From assembly GCA_038243585.1 (NCBI GenBank), contig JBBSQY010000021.1, positions 1-50,450 of the forward strand: a DNA stretch of 50,450 nt, given 5' to 3'. Source of the stretch: Candidatus Sumerlaeales bacterium (lineage in GTDB: Bacteria > Sumerlaeota > Sumerlaeia > Sumerlaeales > Sumerlaeaceae). The notes below the pieces were generated by a model that did not search any database, had not been told where the DNA came from, and saw only the letters and a list, made by a program, of their open reading frames with translations. Both the position numbers and the translations under genes were made by a program. This document shows positions 1 to 9,888 of the stretch, piece by piece (position 1 is the stretch's first letter; the number at the start of each line of letters is the position of its first letter).

Positions 1-875
1 TCTTGTATCGCGGAAAGTACTTTCAGAACGAGATAAAACGCATTGCCGATTTGGCCGCATTGGTGCAGCCGGACCATGTGTATATGGATATCGAATGGTG
101 GACGGAAAGCGTCAACGAATCCAAGCAAGATCCGCGGGTGGCTGCGGCCTGGAAAAATAGTGGCAAAAGCTGGGAAGAGTTCGTGACAGATATGGGAACG
201 GATGTTCTGCGCGAATTGGTAACCGCGATCCGACAGGCCGTCCCAAGTCGCAAGTTGACTGTTGGTTTATACAGTTCCGATCCCACGAATGTCGTCTACA
301 ACAGCATCTTTGAGTTCAAAAAGTTATATCCCGAAATTCTTGATCTGGCGCAGCCGTCGCGCTATGTTGGTGGACAGCCATTGGAAGTGGCAAAGCGAAT
401 TCGTTTCGATTACAACCAAATGCAATCCCGCAATATCATTCCCTGGCTCACCGCGGGAACTTACGGAGAATACGATTCGCCGATCCTTAAACGGATCATC
501 TTTGAAACCATTCTCAATGGCGCACGGGGATTTACATACTATTGGTTTGGTGATTTCGATCCGATGGATTTCTATTATCACGCACAGGCCATCAAAGAAC
601 TTTCACAATATCAAAAGCTATTGCAAGACGGGGCACCAATTGTCTATGAAGGCGACAATCCCAATTTGCATTACACCGCATTTGCCGATAAAGACGAAGC
701 GCTGGTGCTGGTGAGTAATTATTCCGGCACATCAAACAAAACGGTTAATATGCCACTGCCCTTTGATTCCGCCACAAAAGTACTTTTGGAAGGTAAAATA
801 GTGCCCATCAATGACAACATGATTTCTCTGGACGTTCCATCAGGTGAATTTCGTTTGCTCTACGTGTCAAAGTAG
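1..875 (+). CDS. 5'-truncated protein, probably the C-terminal part of a glycoside-hydrolase-like protein
   Basis: ORF is open from the window edge to TAG at 873-875. It has 'VYMDIEWW' and 'ILNGARGFTYYWF' motifs typical of GH-like TIM barrels and a C-terminal beta-sandwich-like segment ('LVLVSNYS...LDVPSGEFRLLYV'). Family not assignable. Confidence 0.55.
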   Translation, partial: LYRGKYFQNEIKRIADLAALVQPDHVYMDIEWWTESVNESKQDPRVAAAWKNSGKSWEEFVTDMGTDVLRELVTAIRQAVPSRKLTVGLYSSDPTNVVYNSIFEFKKLYPEILDLAQPSRYVGGQPLEVAKRIRFDYNQMQSRNIIPWLTAGTYGEYDSPILKRIIFETILNGARGFTYYWFGDFDPMDFYYHAQAIKELSQYQKLLQDGAPIVYEGDNPNLHYTAFADKDEALVLVSNYSGTSNKTVNMPLPFDSATKVLLEGKIVPINDNMISLDVPSGEFRLLYVSK

Positions 876-1552
876 CCACCGCAAAAGCGCTGTTGGGAAA
901 GTCACTGACTCAAGTTATTGATCCCATACGTAGCCATGCGTACCCGTGCGGGAATTCCCATACGAAATTTACTATGCTCCAATCCGTCTTAGTCACATCG
1001 AGAAAAAGGAGCATGAAAATGCAAATCACCAGCACTCATCCCACAGGCGCTGCACCAGAAATAGCAGTACTGACCAAAGAGTTAAGCAAACTTCTTGGTT
1101 CAAAACGCGTTTCACGAGCCCCTTGCCAGACCACGCCAGAGCACAAAATACGTTTATAGGGGGGGTAATTATTTAATTATGTATATCACTGAAATCAAAT
1201 CGGTTGCAATGCGCAAATACCCCGTAGCAAACTCTTTTAGAATTAGTTATAACACCAATTAAAGTGCCAGTTTAGGGAATTTCGCTCTGTTTCACGATTG
1301 GGAGGCGACGACGGCGCCACAGTCCAAATTCTTTGGCCTGTTTGTTTGAGTAGGATTCACCAGACGGAGAGTCCTGCTACGCCCGCGCTCCTCACGAATG
1401 TTAAATAAATGATAGTAGAAATTTCAGGGGTTTGCTTGGGCGGATCACGCAGATTACTGGGATCATAAACAACGCAACAAACAGTTCCCCGTCCAAATTT
1501 TAACGGCAAAGCCGCACCACAATAAGTAATCAGTAGTTTAGAATTAAAAAAC

Positions 1553-1645
1553 TGGCGGAGAGGGGGGGATTCGAACCCCCGATACAAGTTTACCTCGCAT
1601 GACGGTTTAGCAAACCGGTGCCTTCAGCCGCTCGGCCACCCCTCC
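1553..1645 (-). tRNA. tRNA-Ser(GCT)
   Basis: Reverse complement reads GGAGGGGTGGCCGAGCGGCTGAAGGCACCGGTTTGCTAAACCGTC...GGGGGTTCGAATCCCCCCCTCTCCGCCA: acceptor stem, D-loop GG, anticodon loop TT-GCT-AA, long variable arm, TTCGAAT T-loop, discriminator G and encoded CCA. Confidence 0.97.
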
Positions 1646-2072
1646 GCGTGTTTGACCTTTACGCAAGCGATTCAGATCGCTTCACACAGACACTCTGGAA
1701 TCTATCTAATTCAGCCTGATTCCTTTTATTTTATGGCTGTTTGCCTTTCCGTCCGCCAGCGATTTGTGGCGACCGGGAGACTTCACCAACAGCCTTTTTG
1801 ACCTAGATTATCTAGAATATGTTTCGTGTCGCATTCCAGCAAATGGCTTCTGCCGAGGACGTAATTGCTGTAACATGGGTATCGTTGTGGTCGTGACTCA
1901 TATAGGTGGCGTAATTGAAACAATGTTGTGTTCAATCAGACTTTATGAGGGACATTGTAACTATTACAGGTATGAGCGACGCGTTTGCGGGGGCCCGTGC
2001 TTAACGGGTCATTATTACCGCACTTATTTTATGGTTAGCTCGTATTTAAGCTTGTTGGGAGATATGCTTCGG

Positions 2073-3533
2073 ATGGCAAAAGTTCTGGTAGTGGATGATG
2101 AATCAAGCCTGCGTATGGCTTTGGGCGAAATTATTAAAACTTGGAATCACCAGCCTTTGCTGGCCGAAACTATTGGCGAAGCCATGCAGATTTTGACCGA
2201 TGACCCTCCTGATATTTTGCTTACAGATGTTTTTCTTCCAGACGGATCGGGCATTGATCTGATGAAAAAGGTGAAAGAAGACCACTCTCATATACCTGTG
2301 GTCATCCTGACCGGGCACGGCAGCATCGAGGACGCTGTGAAGGCGATCCACATGGGTGCCGAAAACTATCTGACAAAGCCAGTGGAGCCGCCGCGTCTGA
2401 GGTTGATCCTGGATCAGCTCGTTGAAAAGCAGGGCATGGAAGAGGAAATGAAGAGCCTTCGCAAGCAATTGAAGAAGGTTGGCAGCATGGGCGGCCTCCG
2501 TGGACGCAGCCCCGCCATGATGGAACTTTACTCGCTGATTGAACGTGTGGCTCCGACGGAAGCTTCAGTGTTTGTGTCTGGTGAAAGCGGCACCGGTAAG
2601 ACGCTGGTGGCGAAAACAGTTCATGATTATTCTCGCCGTAGAAATAAGCCTTTTGTAGCAGTTAATTGCGCGGCCATAGCTCCAACGCTTATCGAAAGCG
2701 AACTATTCGGACACGAGAAAGGAGCGTTCACGGGAGCGACCCAGCAGAGGCGCGGCTACTTTGAGGAAGCTTACGGTGGTACTATTTTCCTGGATGAAAT
2801 CACAGAACTTCCTATAGAACTTCAGGGAAAACTGCTGCGGGTGCTTGAAGAAAACCGGATCCGCCGGGTGGGCGGCAACAACGAACTGGATATCAATGTC
2901 CGTATTGTGAGTGCTTCAAATCGCGACCCAAAACAGGCTATCGCCGATGGAAAACTTCGGGAAGATCTTTATTATCGCATTAACATCTTCCCTATCCACG
3001 CTTGCGCGTTGCGTGAGCGCCGACCAGATATCCCATTTCTGGCGCAGATGTTTCTTGAGAAGCTGTGTGAGGAAGAGTCTCGAGAACCACTTACTTTTGA
3101 TCAAAACGTAGTTAAGCTGCTTATGGCGTATGACTGGCCCGGAAATGTGCGTGAACTCAGAAACGTGATTAACCGCGCGCTGATTATCGCGCAGGGTAAT
3201 AAAGTGACCATGGAGTGCATGCCGGATTATCTGAAACATGAGGTGGACATGGAAGAGCTGGAACTGGCTCCCAACCCCCTGACGTTGGATGATGAGGAAG
3301 CTGAAGAACTGGCGAGCGTAGGAGCATCGGGTCGTGCTGGAAAGCGTCGTAGCGGCGCCACCCTGTCGAGCGTTGAAATGCTGGACGAGGAGGATATGAC
3401 ACTGGAAAATATGGAGCGGGTCATGATCCGGAAGTTGCTGGAAAACTTTGACGGCAATAAGCCCCAGGTAGCGGAAAAACTAGGTGTAAGCTTGAAGACA
3501 CTTTATAACAAGATTCGCAAATACGAACTGTAA
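2073..3533 (+). CDS. NtrC/AtoC-family sigma54-dependent response regulator (REC-AAA+-Fis HTH)
   Basis: REC domain (VLVVDDE, LLTDVFLP, LTGHG, YLTKP), Walker A GESGTGKT, intact GAFTGA, Walker B IFLDEI, WPGNVREL and a C-terminal HTH. Start moved from 1764 to ATG 2073 (alternative 2064), after GGGAG. Confidence 0.93.
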   Translation: MAKVLVVDDESSLRMALGEIIKTWNHQPLLAETIGEAMQILTDDPPDILLTDVFLPDGSGIDLMKKVKEDHSHIPVVILTGHGSIEDAVKAIHMGAENYLTKPVEPPRLRLILDQLVEKQGMEEEMKSLRKQLKKVGSMGGLRGRSPAMMELYSLIERVAPTEASVFVSGESGTGKTLVAKTVHDYSRRRNKPFVAVNCAAIAPTLIESELFGHEKGAFTGATQQRRGYFEEAYGGTIFLDEITELPIELQGKLLRVLEENRIRRVGGNNELDINVRIVSASNRDPKQAIADGKLREDLYYRINIFPIHACALRERRPDIPFLAQMFLEKLCEEESREPLTFDQNVVKLLMAYDWPGNVRELRNVINRALIIAQGNKVTMECMPDYLKHEVDMEELELAPNPLTLDDEEAEELASVGASGRAGKRRSGATLSSVEMLDEEDMTLENMERVMIRKLLENFDGNKPQVAEKLGVSLKTLYNKIRKYEL

Positions 3534-3615
3534 GGTTCGAAAAGGTGGCACAGTGCATATTAGATAATTTTACTTATCCAACGGGGTATAACCAAGGCAC
3601 TTGGAATGGCGTATA

Positions 3616-4818
3616 TTATACTGGCGTATACTGGCCAAGTATTATTGGCCTCTCGGCTCCAGTTACGCTAGGCAGGTTTGCCGGCAGGTGTTCCAAGTGC
3701 GCGTAGCCCATTACCGCAAATCCGGCGCACTCGCGGGATTTACTGGTAATGCTGTATCCTGCGTCATCTAATGATTGCACTAGTGGGATTTCCATCGCCA
3801 CATTGTCGCGAATGCGCTGCATCAAAAATGTGTTTCGTGTTCCACCACCAGCAACGAGTAATTGATCGATTCCGCCGTGAGGCATCACATGATTCTGCAG
3901 GTTTACGGCTAGAGATTTGGCCGTAAACTCCGTCGCGGTGGCTATGAGATCATCGGCGGCGGCGGTTGGATTTTCTGAAATGACTTGCTCAACAAATTGT
4001 AAACCAAAGAGCTCTCGACCGGTACTTTTCGGCGGAGGCGCAGTTACATAAGGAATGGCCATCCACTGCATTAACAGCTCTTGGTCAATGGTTCCCGAGG
4101 CGCCGTGTCTGCCGTCACTATCATAATGTTCGCCGGGGTAATAGTGCCGAGTCAGTCCATCAATTATCATATTAGCCGGGCCAGTGTCAAATGCGAGAAC
4201 CATCTCGGCCTGGCCAGATGGCGGAAGCCAGGTGCAGTTTCCGATTCCGCCCAAATTGTGGACGACGATCCCCTTGCCCGGTCGACTAAAAAGATGGAAG
4301 TCAGCAAAAGGGACCAGCGGGGCTCCGTTCCCTCCAACGGCCATATCCGCCACTCTAAAGTTACTGATGACCGGCAGGCCTGTCCGCGCAGCTATGATTG
4401 AAGGCTCCCCTACCTGAATTGTCGAGGCCACATGGCCTTTGATATGGCCGACTACCATATGTGGAGCAATGTGGAACAGAGTCTGACCGTGAGAGGCGAT
4501 GGCGCTGATTTTCGAGGCTGATTGGCCCCACTGGTCGATGGTTGCCAAGGCGGCGTCGGCGAAGGCTTCGCCTATTTCAAAGTTCAGTGAACAGCAGAGC
4601 GACAACGAACCCGCGCCATCGCGAAACGCGGTAAATATCCGGTTTTTTAAGTGCTCGGAAATCGGGTATTCGTTGAAAGCAAGGACATCGCATCCCAACA
4701 ACTTTTGATTTGTTAAATACACCCGGCAAATTGCCGCATCAATTGTATCTACGCTGGTGCCGCTCATGAGGGCCAATATTATATGCTCGCCCAACGGACG
4801 GCTGCGCTGCAATTGCAT
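3616..4818 (-). CDS. anmK: anhydro-N-acetylmuramic acid kinase
   Basis: Motifs LMSGTSVDTID, SHGQT, GGNGAPLVP, NLGGIGN, AFDTGPAN, PPPKSTGRELF and GGG. Confidence 0.95.
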   Translation of the reverse strand: MQLQRSRPLGEHIILALMSGTSVDTIDAAICRVYLTNQKLLGCDVLAFNEYPISEHLKNRIFTAFRDGAGSLSLCCSLNFEIGEAFADAALATIDQWGQSASKISAIASHGQTLFHIAPHMVVGHIKGHVASTIQVGEPSIIAARTGLPVISNFRVADMAVGGNGAPLVPFADFHLFSRPGKGIVVHNLGGIGNCTWLPPSGQAEMVLAFDTGPANMIIDGLTRHYYPGEHYDSDGRHGASGTIDQELLMQWMAIPYVTAPPPKSTGRELFGLQFVEQVISENPTAAADDLIATATEFTAKSLAVNLQNHVMPHGGIDQLLVAGGGTRNTFLMQRIRDNVAMEIPLVQSLDDAGYSITSKSRECAGFAVMGYAHLEHLPANLPSVTGAERPIILGQYTPV

Positions 4819-4854
4819 TATGACTAAACTCCGTGTGATGATTCAACTGAGCAT

Positions 4855-4882
4855 TTGACACAGTACCTGTGTTTGCTAAACT
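4855..4882 (+). promoter_or_regulatory. sigma70-type promoter for the 4907 gene
   Basis: TTGACA (4855-4860), a 16-nt spacer, then TAAACT (4877-4882) preceded by an extended -10 TG; ends 24 nt before ATG 4907. Confidence 0.6.
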
Positions 4883-4906
4883 TCTGTTTCTACAGGACAA
4901 TCTTAT

Positions 4907-5965
4907 ATGACAAAAAAAACAATAACTATCTGTTTTTATATCAGCGGTCACGGATATGGCCATGCAGCACGTGCCAGCCAAGTGATGGCAGCATTGCCGC
5001 CAGACGTTAAAATTATCGTCCGCAGCGAAGTGGATCCCTCATTTTTTTCACGCGAAAGCGGGCGTGAAGTAGATGTAATTCCCGGCAAATTTGATACTGG
5101 GGTTGTGCAGCATAACAATCGCAGTCTTGATTGGGACAGCACTTTTAAACTCGCGCGTAAGGTAAACCGTGATGCCAGTGCGAACCTGATGGACGAGACG
5201 GCTTTTCTCCGAAAACATCGTGTCGACCTGATCGTTTGCGACGTGCCTCCGGCTCCCTTGGAAGCCGCGCGCATGGCCGGAATTCCCTCGGCATTTGTAG
5301 GAAATTTCACGTGGGTGGAGATTTTCGATAACGAGGGGCGGCGTCAGGAAGCGGCAAAGAAGCTAGCGGATTTCTGGCGAGAACAGTATGCCCTGGCCAC
5401 GCTCGCCATTCGCACTCCACCGGCATTTCCGATGGAATATTTTCCCCACGTGACAACGGTGCAGCCCATCGCCCGCCGAGGGAAAAATTGCAGAAAAGAG
5501 TTGCTCCGATATCTTAATCGGCCTCCGCAGACACGCCTCGTTCTGATGTATTTTGGCACCTTTGGAGATGACGAGCTTCGACTGCCCGTGATGACAGACA
5601 CGGCTTTGCTTGCTTTTACGAAGGTTCCACAGCCGGGTATAACGTTGGACCCTCAAGCCTGGCATTTTCCAGATGTTGTCGCTTCGGTTGATTGCGTTAT
5701 CGCAAAACCCGGGTACGGCACAACCGGCGAGTGCATGGCAAACGGAACTCCTATGATCTATCACCCGCGGATGGAGTTTGCGGAATATCCCGTGTTAAGA
5801 AAGGCCATAAAGGAGTGGAACGGGGGAGTTCAGATTTCTATTCGAGATTTGACCAGGGGAGCATGGACAGGAGCCCTTGCCAAGGCGGTCTCGCTCAAAC
5901 CAGACCGCATAGCCTCTAACGGGGCGCGGCAGACGGCAGATCTTCTGATGGAGCTATTGGATTAA
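4907..5965 (+). CDS. GT-B-fold glycosyltransferase resembling the N-terminal domain of L-arabinokinase (ARA1)
   Basis: 'FYISGHGYGHAAR', 'DLIVCDVPP', 'GNFTW', 'DCVIAKPGYGT..E' and 'PR..FAEY' motifs. Confidence 0.75.
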   Translation: MTKKTITICFYISGHGYGHAARASQVMAALPPDVKIIVRSEVDPSFFSRESGREVDVIPGKFDTGVVQHNNRSLDWDSTFKLARKVNRDASANLMDETAFLRKHRVDLIVCDVPPAPLEAARMAGIPSAFVGNFTWVEIFDNEGRRQEAAKKLADFWREQYALATLAIRTPPAFPMEYFPHVTTVQPIARRGKNCRKELLRYLNRPPQTRLVLMYFGTFGDDELRLPVMTDTALLAFTKVPQPGITLDPQAWHFPDVVASVDCVIAKPGYGTTGECMANGTPMIYHPRMEFAEYPVLRKAIKEWNGGVQISIRDLTRGAWTGALAKAVSLKPDRIASNGARQTADLLMELLD

Positions 5966-6000
5966 TGCCGGCACATATTTGACCACAGGGTCGGCCAATG

Positions 6001-6924
6001 CTACTCATACACCTCGGCACGGAGACCGACGCCTATTTTAGCGGCAACCTCCAGACTTGCCTCACGAGTTTCTTTTAATTCTTCCAGAGCCCATGTGCGA
6101 AGCTGCTGGAGGAAATCATGGCTGGTCATATCATAGTGGAGCGGCGTAATCGAGATTTTACCCTGGTGTAGGACAAGATCATCCCACTCGTCTCCATCAG
6201 GCGATTGAATGAGCCGATCACCAATATTGCGATAGCAGGTAGCACCGTCGCACTCACTAACCACTTGAAACTGGTCCACAAATATGGACCGACCCATCTT
6301 GCTGATGGCGACGCCTTTAATATCTTCTTCGGAAAGCATGGGGACGTTTACGTTGAGCAAAACGCCGGGAGGCAGGCCATTTTCAACGACCTGATGGGCC
6401 AGCTTAGCTGCAAACCGGGCGGCGGCGGAGTAGTCTGCGCCTGTACGGGCCAGAGCTTTTACTATGTCTGAAGTGTGGGTGGCGGCGGGGCGGTTTGGTG
6501 TATAAGGATCAGGACTGGCAACCCACAGGGCCTGGCTGATAGCGATAGATGGCAGCCCAGCCATGGTGGCCTCAAGTGCAGCAGCAACGGTGCCGCTGTA
6601 GAGGATGCTTGTTCCTGTATTCTGCCCACGATTAATCCCACTGATAACAAGGTCGGGAGGAGTTTCTTTCATTATCGTGGAAAGGGCCATCTTAACGCAA
6701 TCCGCCGGTGTGCCATCGAGACCGTAACCCCAATCCATCTCTTCCCTAATGTGACGTTTCAGAGTAACGTTATTGAAAACACTGATACCGTGGCCCACGG
6801 CACTTCGCTCTGTGGAAGGGGCGACCACCAGAGTGTCTGCGAATTTGGATATTTCCTGGTAAAGCGCCCAAAGGCCTGGAGCATCAACCCCGTCATCATT
6901 ACAAAGTAATACTCTCATGCACAA
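6001..6924 (-). CDS. surE: 5'/3'-nucleotidase SurE
   Basis: LLCNDDG, VVAP..ERSAVG, GTPADCV, SGINRGQN, YSGTVAAALEA, LNVNVP and SITPL motifs. Start may be the second Met (6918). Confidence 0.95.
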   Translation of the reverse strand: MCMRVLLCNDDGVDAPGLWALYQEISKFADTLVVAPSTERSAVGHGISVFNNVTLKRHIREEMDWGYGLDGTPADCVKMALSTIMKETPPDLVISGINRGQNTGTSILYSGTVAAALEATMAGLPSIAISQALWVASPDPYTPNRPAATHTSDIVKALARTGADYSAAARFAAKLAHQVVENGLPPGVLLNVNVPMLSEEDIKGVAISKMGRSIFVDQFQVVSECDGATCYRNIGDRLIQSPDGDEWDDLVLHQGKISITPLHYDMTSHDFLQQLRTWALEELKETREASLEVAAKIGVGLRAEVYE

Positions 6925-7011
6925 CTATACACATTTTAGGAAGATGTGATCAAGAGTAAGTGAGAAAAAAATCACGATGTATTATGCTTCTTGGCGTATG
7001 TTGCAACCGCA

Positions 7012-7440
7012 TTAGTGGTCTGGGTTGTTGTCTCCGTGAGGAGCTTCCGTCCCATGCATGCGCTCGTATTCCGGTTCCATAATATATCCAGCCGGCGTAA
7101 CATTGCTTCGCGTCCAAACGTCCATCAGGGTACCGGAAATCATAAGCCCCAGAAATAGTAAGGACGTAATAATGATGATCTTAATGAGTTTGCCGCTATA
7201 CTTGACATGCATAAACCACATCGTGACGATAGTCGCCTTGACGGTCGCTATGCCTAGAGCGATTACTAAATTCCATAATCCACCAGCATCCAGATTGGCC
7301 ACCCATACGGTAAAAACAGTAAGAACCATCAAGATGCCAAGGACTATGGCGTAGGTGAGCGGTGAAACTATGTGATGGGCAGCGTGAGTGGAGTCGATTT
7401 TTTCTTCTGTGTGCGTTAGGCCCGAGGCTTGATCTGTCAT
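7012..7440 (-). CDS. caa3-type cytochrome c oxidase subunit IV
   Basis: Three hydrophobic helices, 'IATVKATIV..FMHVKY' motif; last gene of the oxidase cluster. Confidence 0.85.
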   Translation of the reverse strand: MTDQASGLTHTEEKIDSTHAAHHIVSPLTYAIVLGILMVLTVFTVWVANLDAGGLWNLVIALGIATVKATIVTMWFMHVKYSGKLIKIIIITSLLFLGLMISGTLMDVWTRSNVTPAGYIMEPEYERMHGTEAPHGDNNPDH

Positions 7441-7470
7441 TATTATTAATCTCTTTTTAGCTGGTTGCGC

Positions 7471-8226
7471 TTAGTGGCGGTGAATCAAGTAAATCAATGG
7501 GAACAGGTAAATCCAAATTACGTCAACCAGATGCCAGTACAGACCAGTTAACTCGATGGGAGTACTCCACCGAGAGCTGAATTCACCACGGCCAGCGCGG
7601 ATAATCATCCAGATAATAACACCTATGCCAATCAGGACGTGGACACCATGGAGACCTGTTAAGCAGAAGTAAATAACAAAAAACATCTGCGCGTGACGTT
7701 CAACATTTGGATCTCGCGCCAGTGCAGATTCCATCTGTTCTGCAGTTAGAGCATGGCCAGATTTCGCAAGGTGAGGATCATCAAGAACAAACTCAAAGTT
7801 TGGTCCAGGTACAAGATGATGCTCAAATTTTTCGCTCCATTCGATACTCTTGATGCCCATGAAGCCGAAGGCACATATAACGGTGACAACCATGTAGCCG
7901 ATGAGCCGCTTCTGATGACCTTTCTGCGCGCTGTGCACAGCCATGGCCATAGTAAATGAGCTAAACAGAAGAACGATAGTGTTGATGACGCCCCAATCTA
8001 CGCTGAGCCGACTGCTTGCAAGGCCGAACGCATCTGGAAACAACACATGGTAGACGGTGAAGGCGAGGAATAGACCGCCGAAGAACATAATTTCAGTGGC
8101 AAGAAAGACCCAGAGCCCAAGAGAATGAGCTTCGTCCTGCTGCGCCCGGTCTTCGAAATGGTGGGCGAGGTGAGGGTCATGAGCAGCATGCCCATGTTGG
8201 GCATCCGTGCTAGCGTGAGTGGACAA
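7471..8226 (-). CDS. ctaE: cytochrome c oxidase subunit III
   Basis: [36 protein letters not shown] and YWHLVDVIW motifs. Confidence 0.93.
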   Translation of the reverse strand: MSTHASTDAQHGHAAHDPHLAHHFEDRAQQDEAHSLGLWVFLATEIMFFGGLFLAFTVYHVLFPDAFGLASSRLSVDWGVINTIVLLFSSFTMAMAVHSAQKGHQKRLIGYMVVTVICAFGFMGIKSIEWSEKFEHHLVPGPNFEFVLDDPHLAKSGHALTAEQMESALARDPNVERHAQMFFVIYFCLTGLHGVHVLIGIGVIIWMIIRAGRGEFSSRWSTPIELTGLYWHLVDVIWIYLFPLIYLIHRH

Positions 8227-9886
8227 CTTCGTCGTCCTCCTTGAACTGTGAATACTCGTACGGGCCTACTGAAACTACCGGAATTTCCAGAAAGTTTTCG
8301 GTCACCGGTGGAGACGATGTTTGCCATTCTAAGCCGGTTGCTCTGTAGGGATTGGGTCCCGCGACGGGCCCGAAAAACCAAGCGTAGGTTAGATAAACAA
8401 TTGGCATCATAAACCCAAGGCCAAGAACCGATGCACCGGCAGTAGAAAGCACGTGATAGACCTGATACTCGCTAACGTACTCGTGATATTGACGGGGCAT
8501 ACCCATGTATCCCATTACGAATTGTGGAAAGAATGTCACGTTAAAGCCGATAAAAATTGTTATGGCGCTAATACGGCCCAGAAACTCCGGATACATCCGA
8601 CCAGAGATTTTTGGGAACCAGAAATGCACGCCGCCCATGTAGGCCAGCATCATTCCTCCGACCATTACATAGTGAAAGTGAGCCACAACGAAATATGTAT
8701 CATGCACGTGAACGTCAAGTCCAACGGCTGCCAGAAACAAGCCAGTCATTCCACCGACAAGGAAAAGTCCAATGAAGAACAAGGCAAAAAGCATAGGCGT
8801 CTCGAACGATATCGAACCCTTGTATAATGTAGCGGTCCAGTTAAACACTTTAATTGCAGTTGGAATTCCGATTACAAAGCTGAGCGCGGAGAACACGACG
8901 CCGGCGTAAGGAGACTGTCCGGAAACGAAGAGGTGATGGCCCCACACGAAGAAGCCGACCATAGCAATGGCGAGGCTGCTCATGGCAATGAAGCTGTATC
9001 CGAAGATATTCCTACGCGCAAAACACGGAATAAGTTCTGATATTATCCCAAACCCTGGCAAGATCATGATATATACGGCCGGGTGAGAGTAGAACCAGAA
9101 AAGATGCTGAAATAACAGCGGATCGCCACCAAAGGCAGGATCAAAAACGCCAAGATGAATCAACCGCTCAACCGCAACCATTAATACAGTTATACCAATG
9201 ACGGGCGTGCCTAAAATCATAATCAAGCTTGTGGCATAGATAGACCATATAAACAGAGGTAACCGGAACCAGGTTAGGCCGGGTGCCCGCATCTTATGGA
9301 CTGTTATTATAAAATTAAAGCCGGTAAATATGGATGAGAATCCAATGATAAAGACGCCCACAGCGGCAGATATAACGTTCGTGTTCGTTGTGGTGCTGTA
9401 AGGGGTATAGAACGTCCAGCCTGTATCAACACCGCCTGCGATAATTGCGTATATGCAGAGAGCAGACCCGATCATGTACAAATACCAGCTCAGCAGATTA
9501 ATCTTTGGAAAGGCGAGATCCTTAGCTCCCAACATCAGGGGCACAAGAAAGTTTCCCAACACCGCAGGTACTGCAGGGACGAGAAACATAAATACCATTA
9601 CGATTCCGTGGGCGCTGAAAGCCTTGTTGTATCCATCGGCCGATAAAAGATCGCCTTGAGGAGTGAGCAATTCGAGGCGTACTAATGCAGCCGCTAATCC
9701 GCCAATTAGAAAAGACAACGTCGTCGTAATAAGATAAAGTACGGCGATTCTCTTATGATCCGCTGTCAGTAGCCAACTTTTCCAGCCGCCGGTTTTGTTG
9801 AGGTAGTTAACCAGCGGGAAAACAGCTTCCTGACTTTGAGGCCTTGTTTGAGTTTGATAAGGGTTAGGTGCGTCTATAGAACTCAT
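8210..9886 (-). CDS. ctaD: cytochrome c oxidase subunit I, A2-type heme-copper oxidase
   Basis: [39 protein letters not shown] and GMPR motifs; D-channel Asp (KDLAFP) and K-channel Lys (PTAIK). Confidence 0.97.
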   Translation of the reverse strand: MSSIDAPNPYQTQTRPQSQEAVFPLVNYLNKTGGWKSWLLTADHKRIAVLYLITTTLSFLIGGLAAALVRLELLTPQGDLLSADGYNKAFSAHGIVMVFMFLVPAVPAVLGNFLVPLMLGAKDLAFPKINLLSWYLYMIGSALCIYAIIAGGVDTGWTFYTPYSTTTNTNVISAAVGVFIIGFSSIFTGFNFIITVHKMRAPGLTWFRLPLFIWSIYATSLIMILGTPVIGITVLMVAVERLIHLGVFDPAFGGDPLLFQHLFWFYSHPAVYIMILPGFGIISELIPCFARRNIFGYSFIAMSSLAIAMVGFFVWGHHLFVSGQSPYAGVVFSALSFVIGIPTAIKVFNWTATLYKGSISFETPMLFALFFIGLFLVGGMTGLFLAAVGLDVHVHDTYFVVAHFHYVMVGGMMLAYMGGVHFWFPKISGRMYPEFLGRISAITIFIGFNVTFFPQFVMGYMGMPRQYHEYVSEYQVYHVLSTAGASVLGLGFMMPIVYLTYAWFFGPVAGPNPYRATGLEWQTSSPPVTENFLEIPVVSVGPYEYSQFKEDDEVVHSR

Positions 9887-9888
9887 AA

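Noticed and set aside
1289..1304. parS-like TGTTTCACG
   Set aside because: Half-site only; the palindromic second half is absent.
1357..1587. 76-aa ORF
   Set aside because: Starts inside the tRNA gene; a shadow ORF.
1764..2063. 100-aa Cys-rich N-terminal extension of the NtrC ORF
   Set aside because: TTG start with no RBS; homology begins at the REC domain; the region more plausibly holds divergent promoters.
3546..3565. TGGCAC sigma54 -24 element
   Set aside because: No GC at the -12 position, and it lies between convergent genes.
6959..6978. Rex/CRP-like sequence upstream of surE
   Set aside because: Too many mismatches to either consensus.
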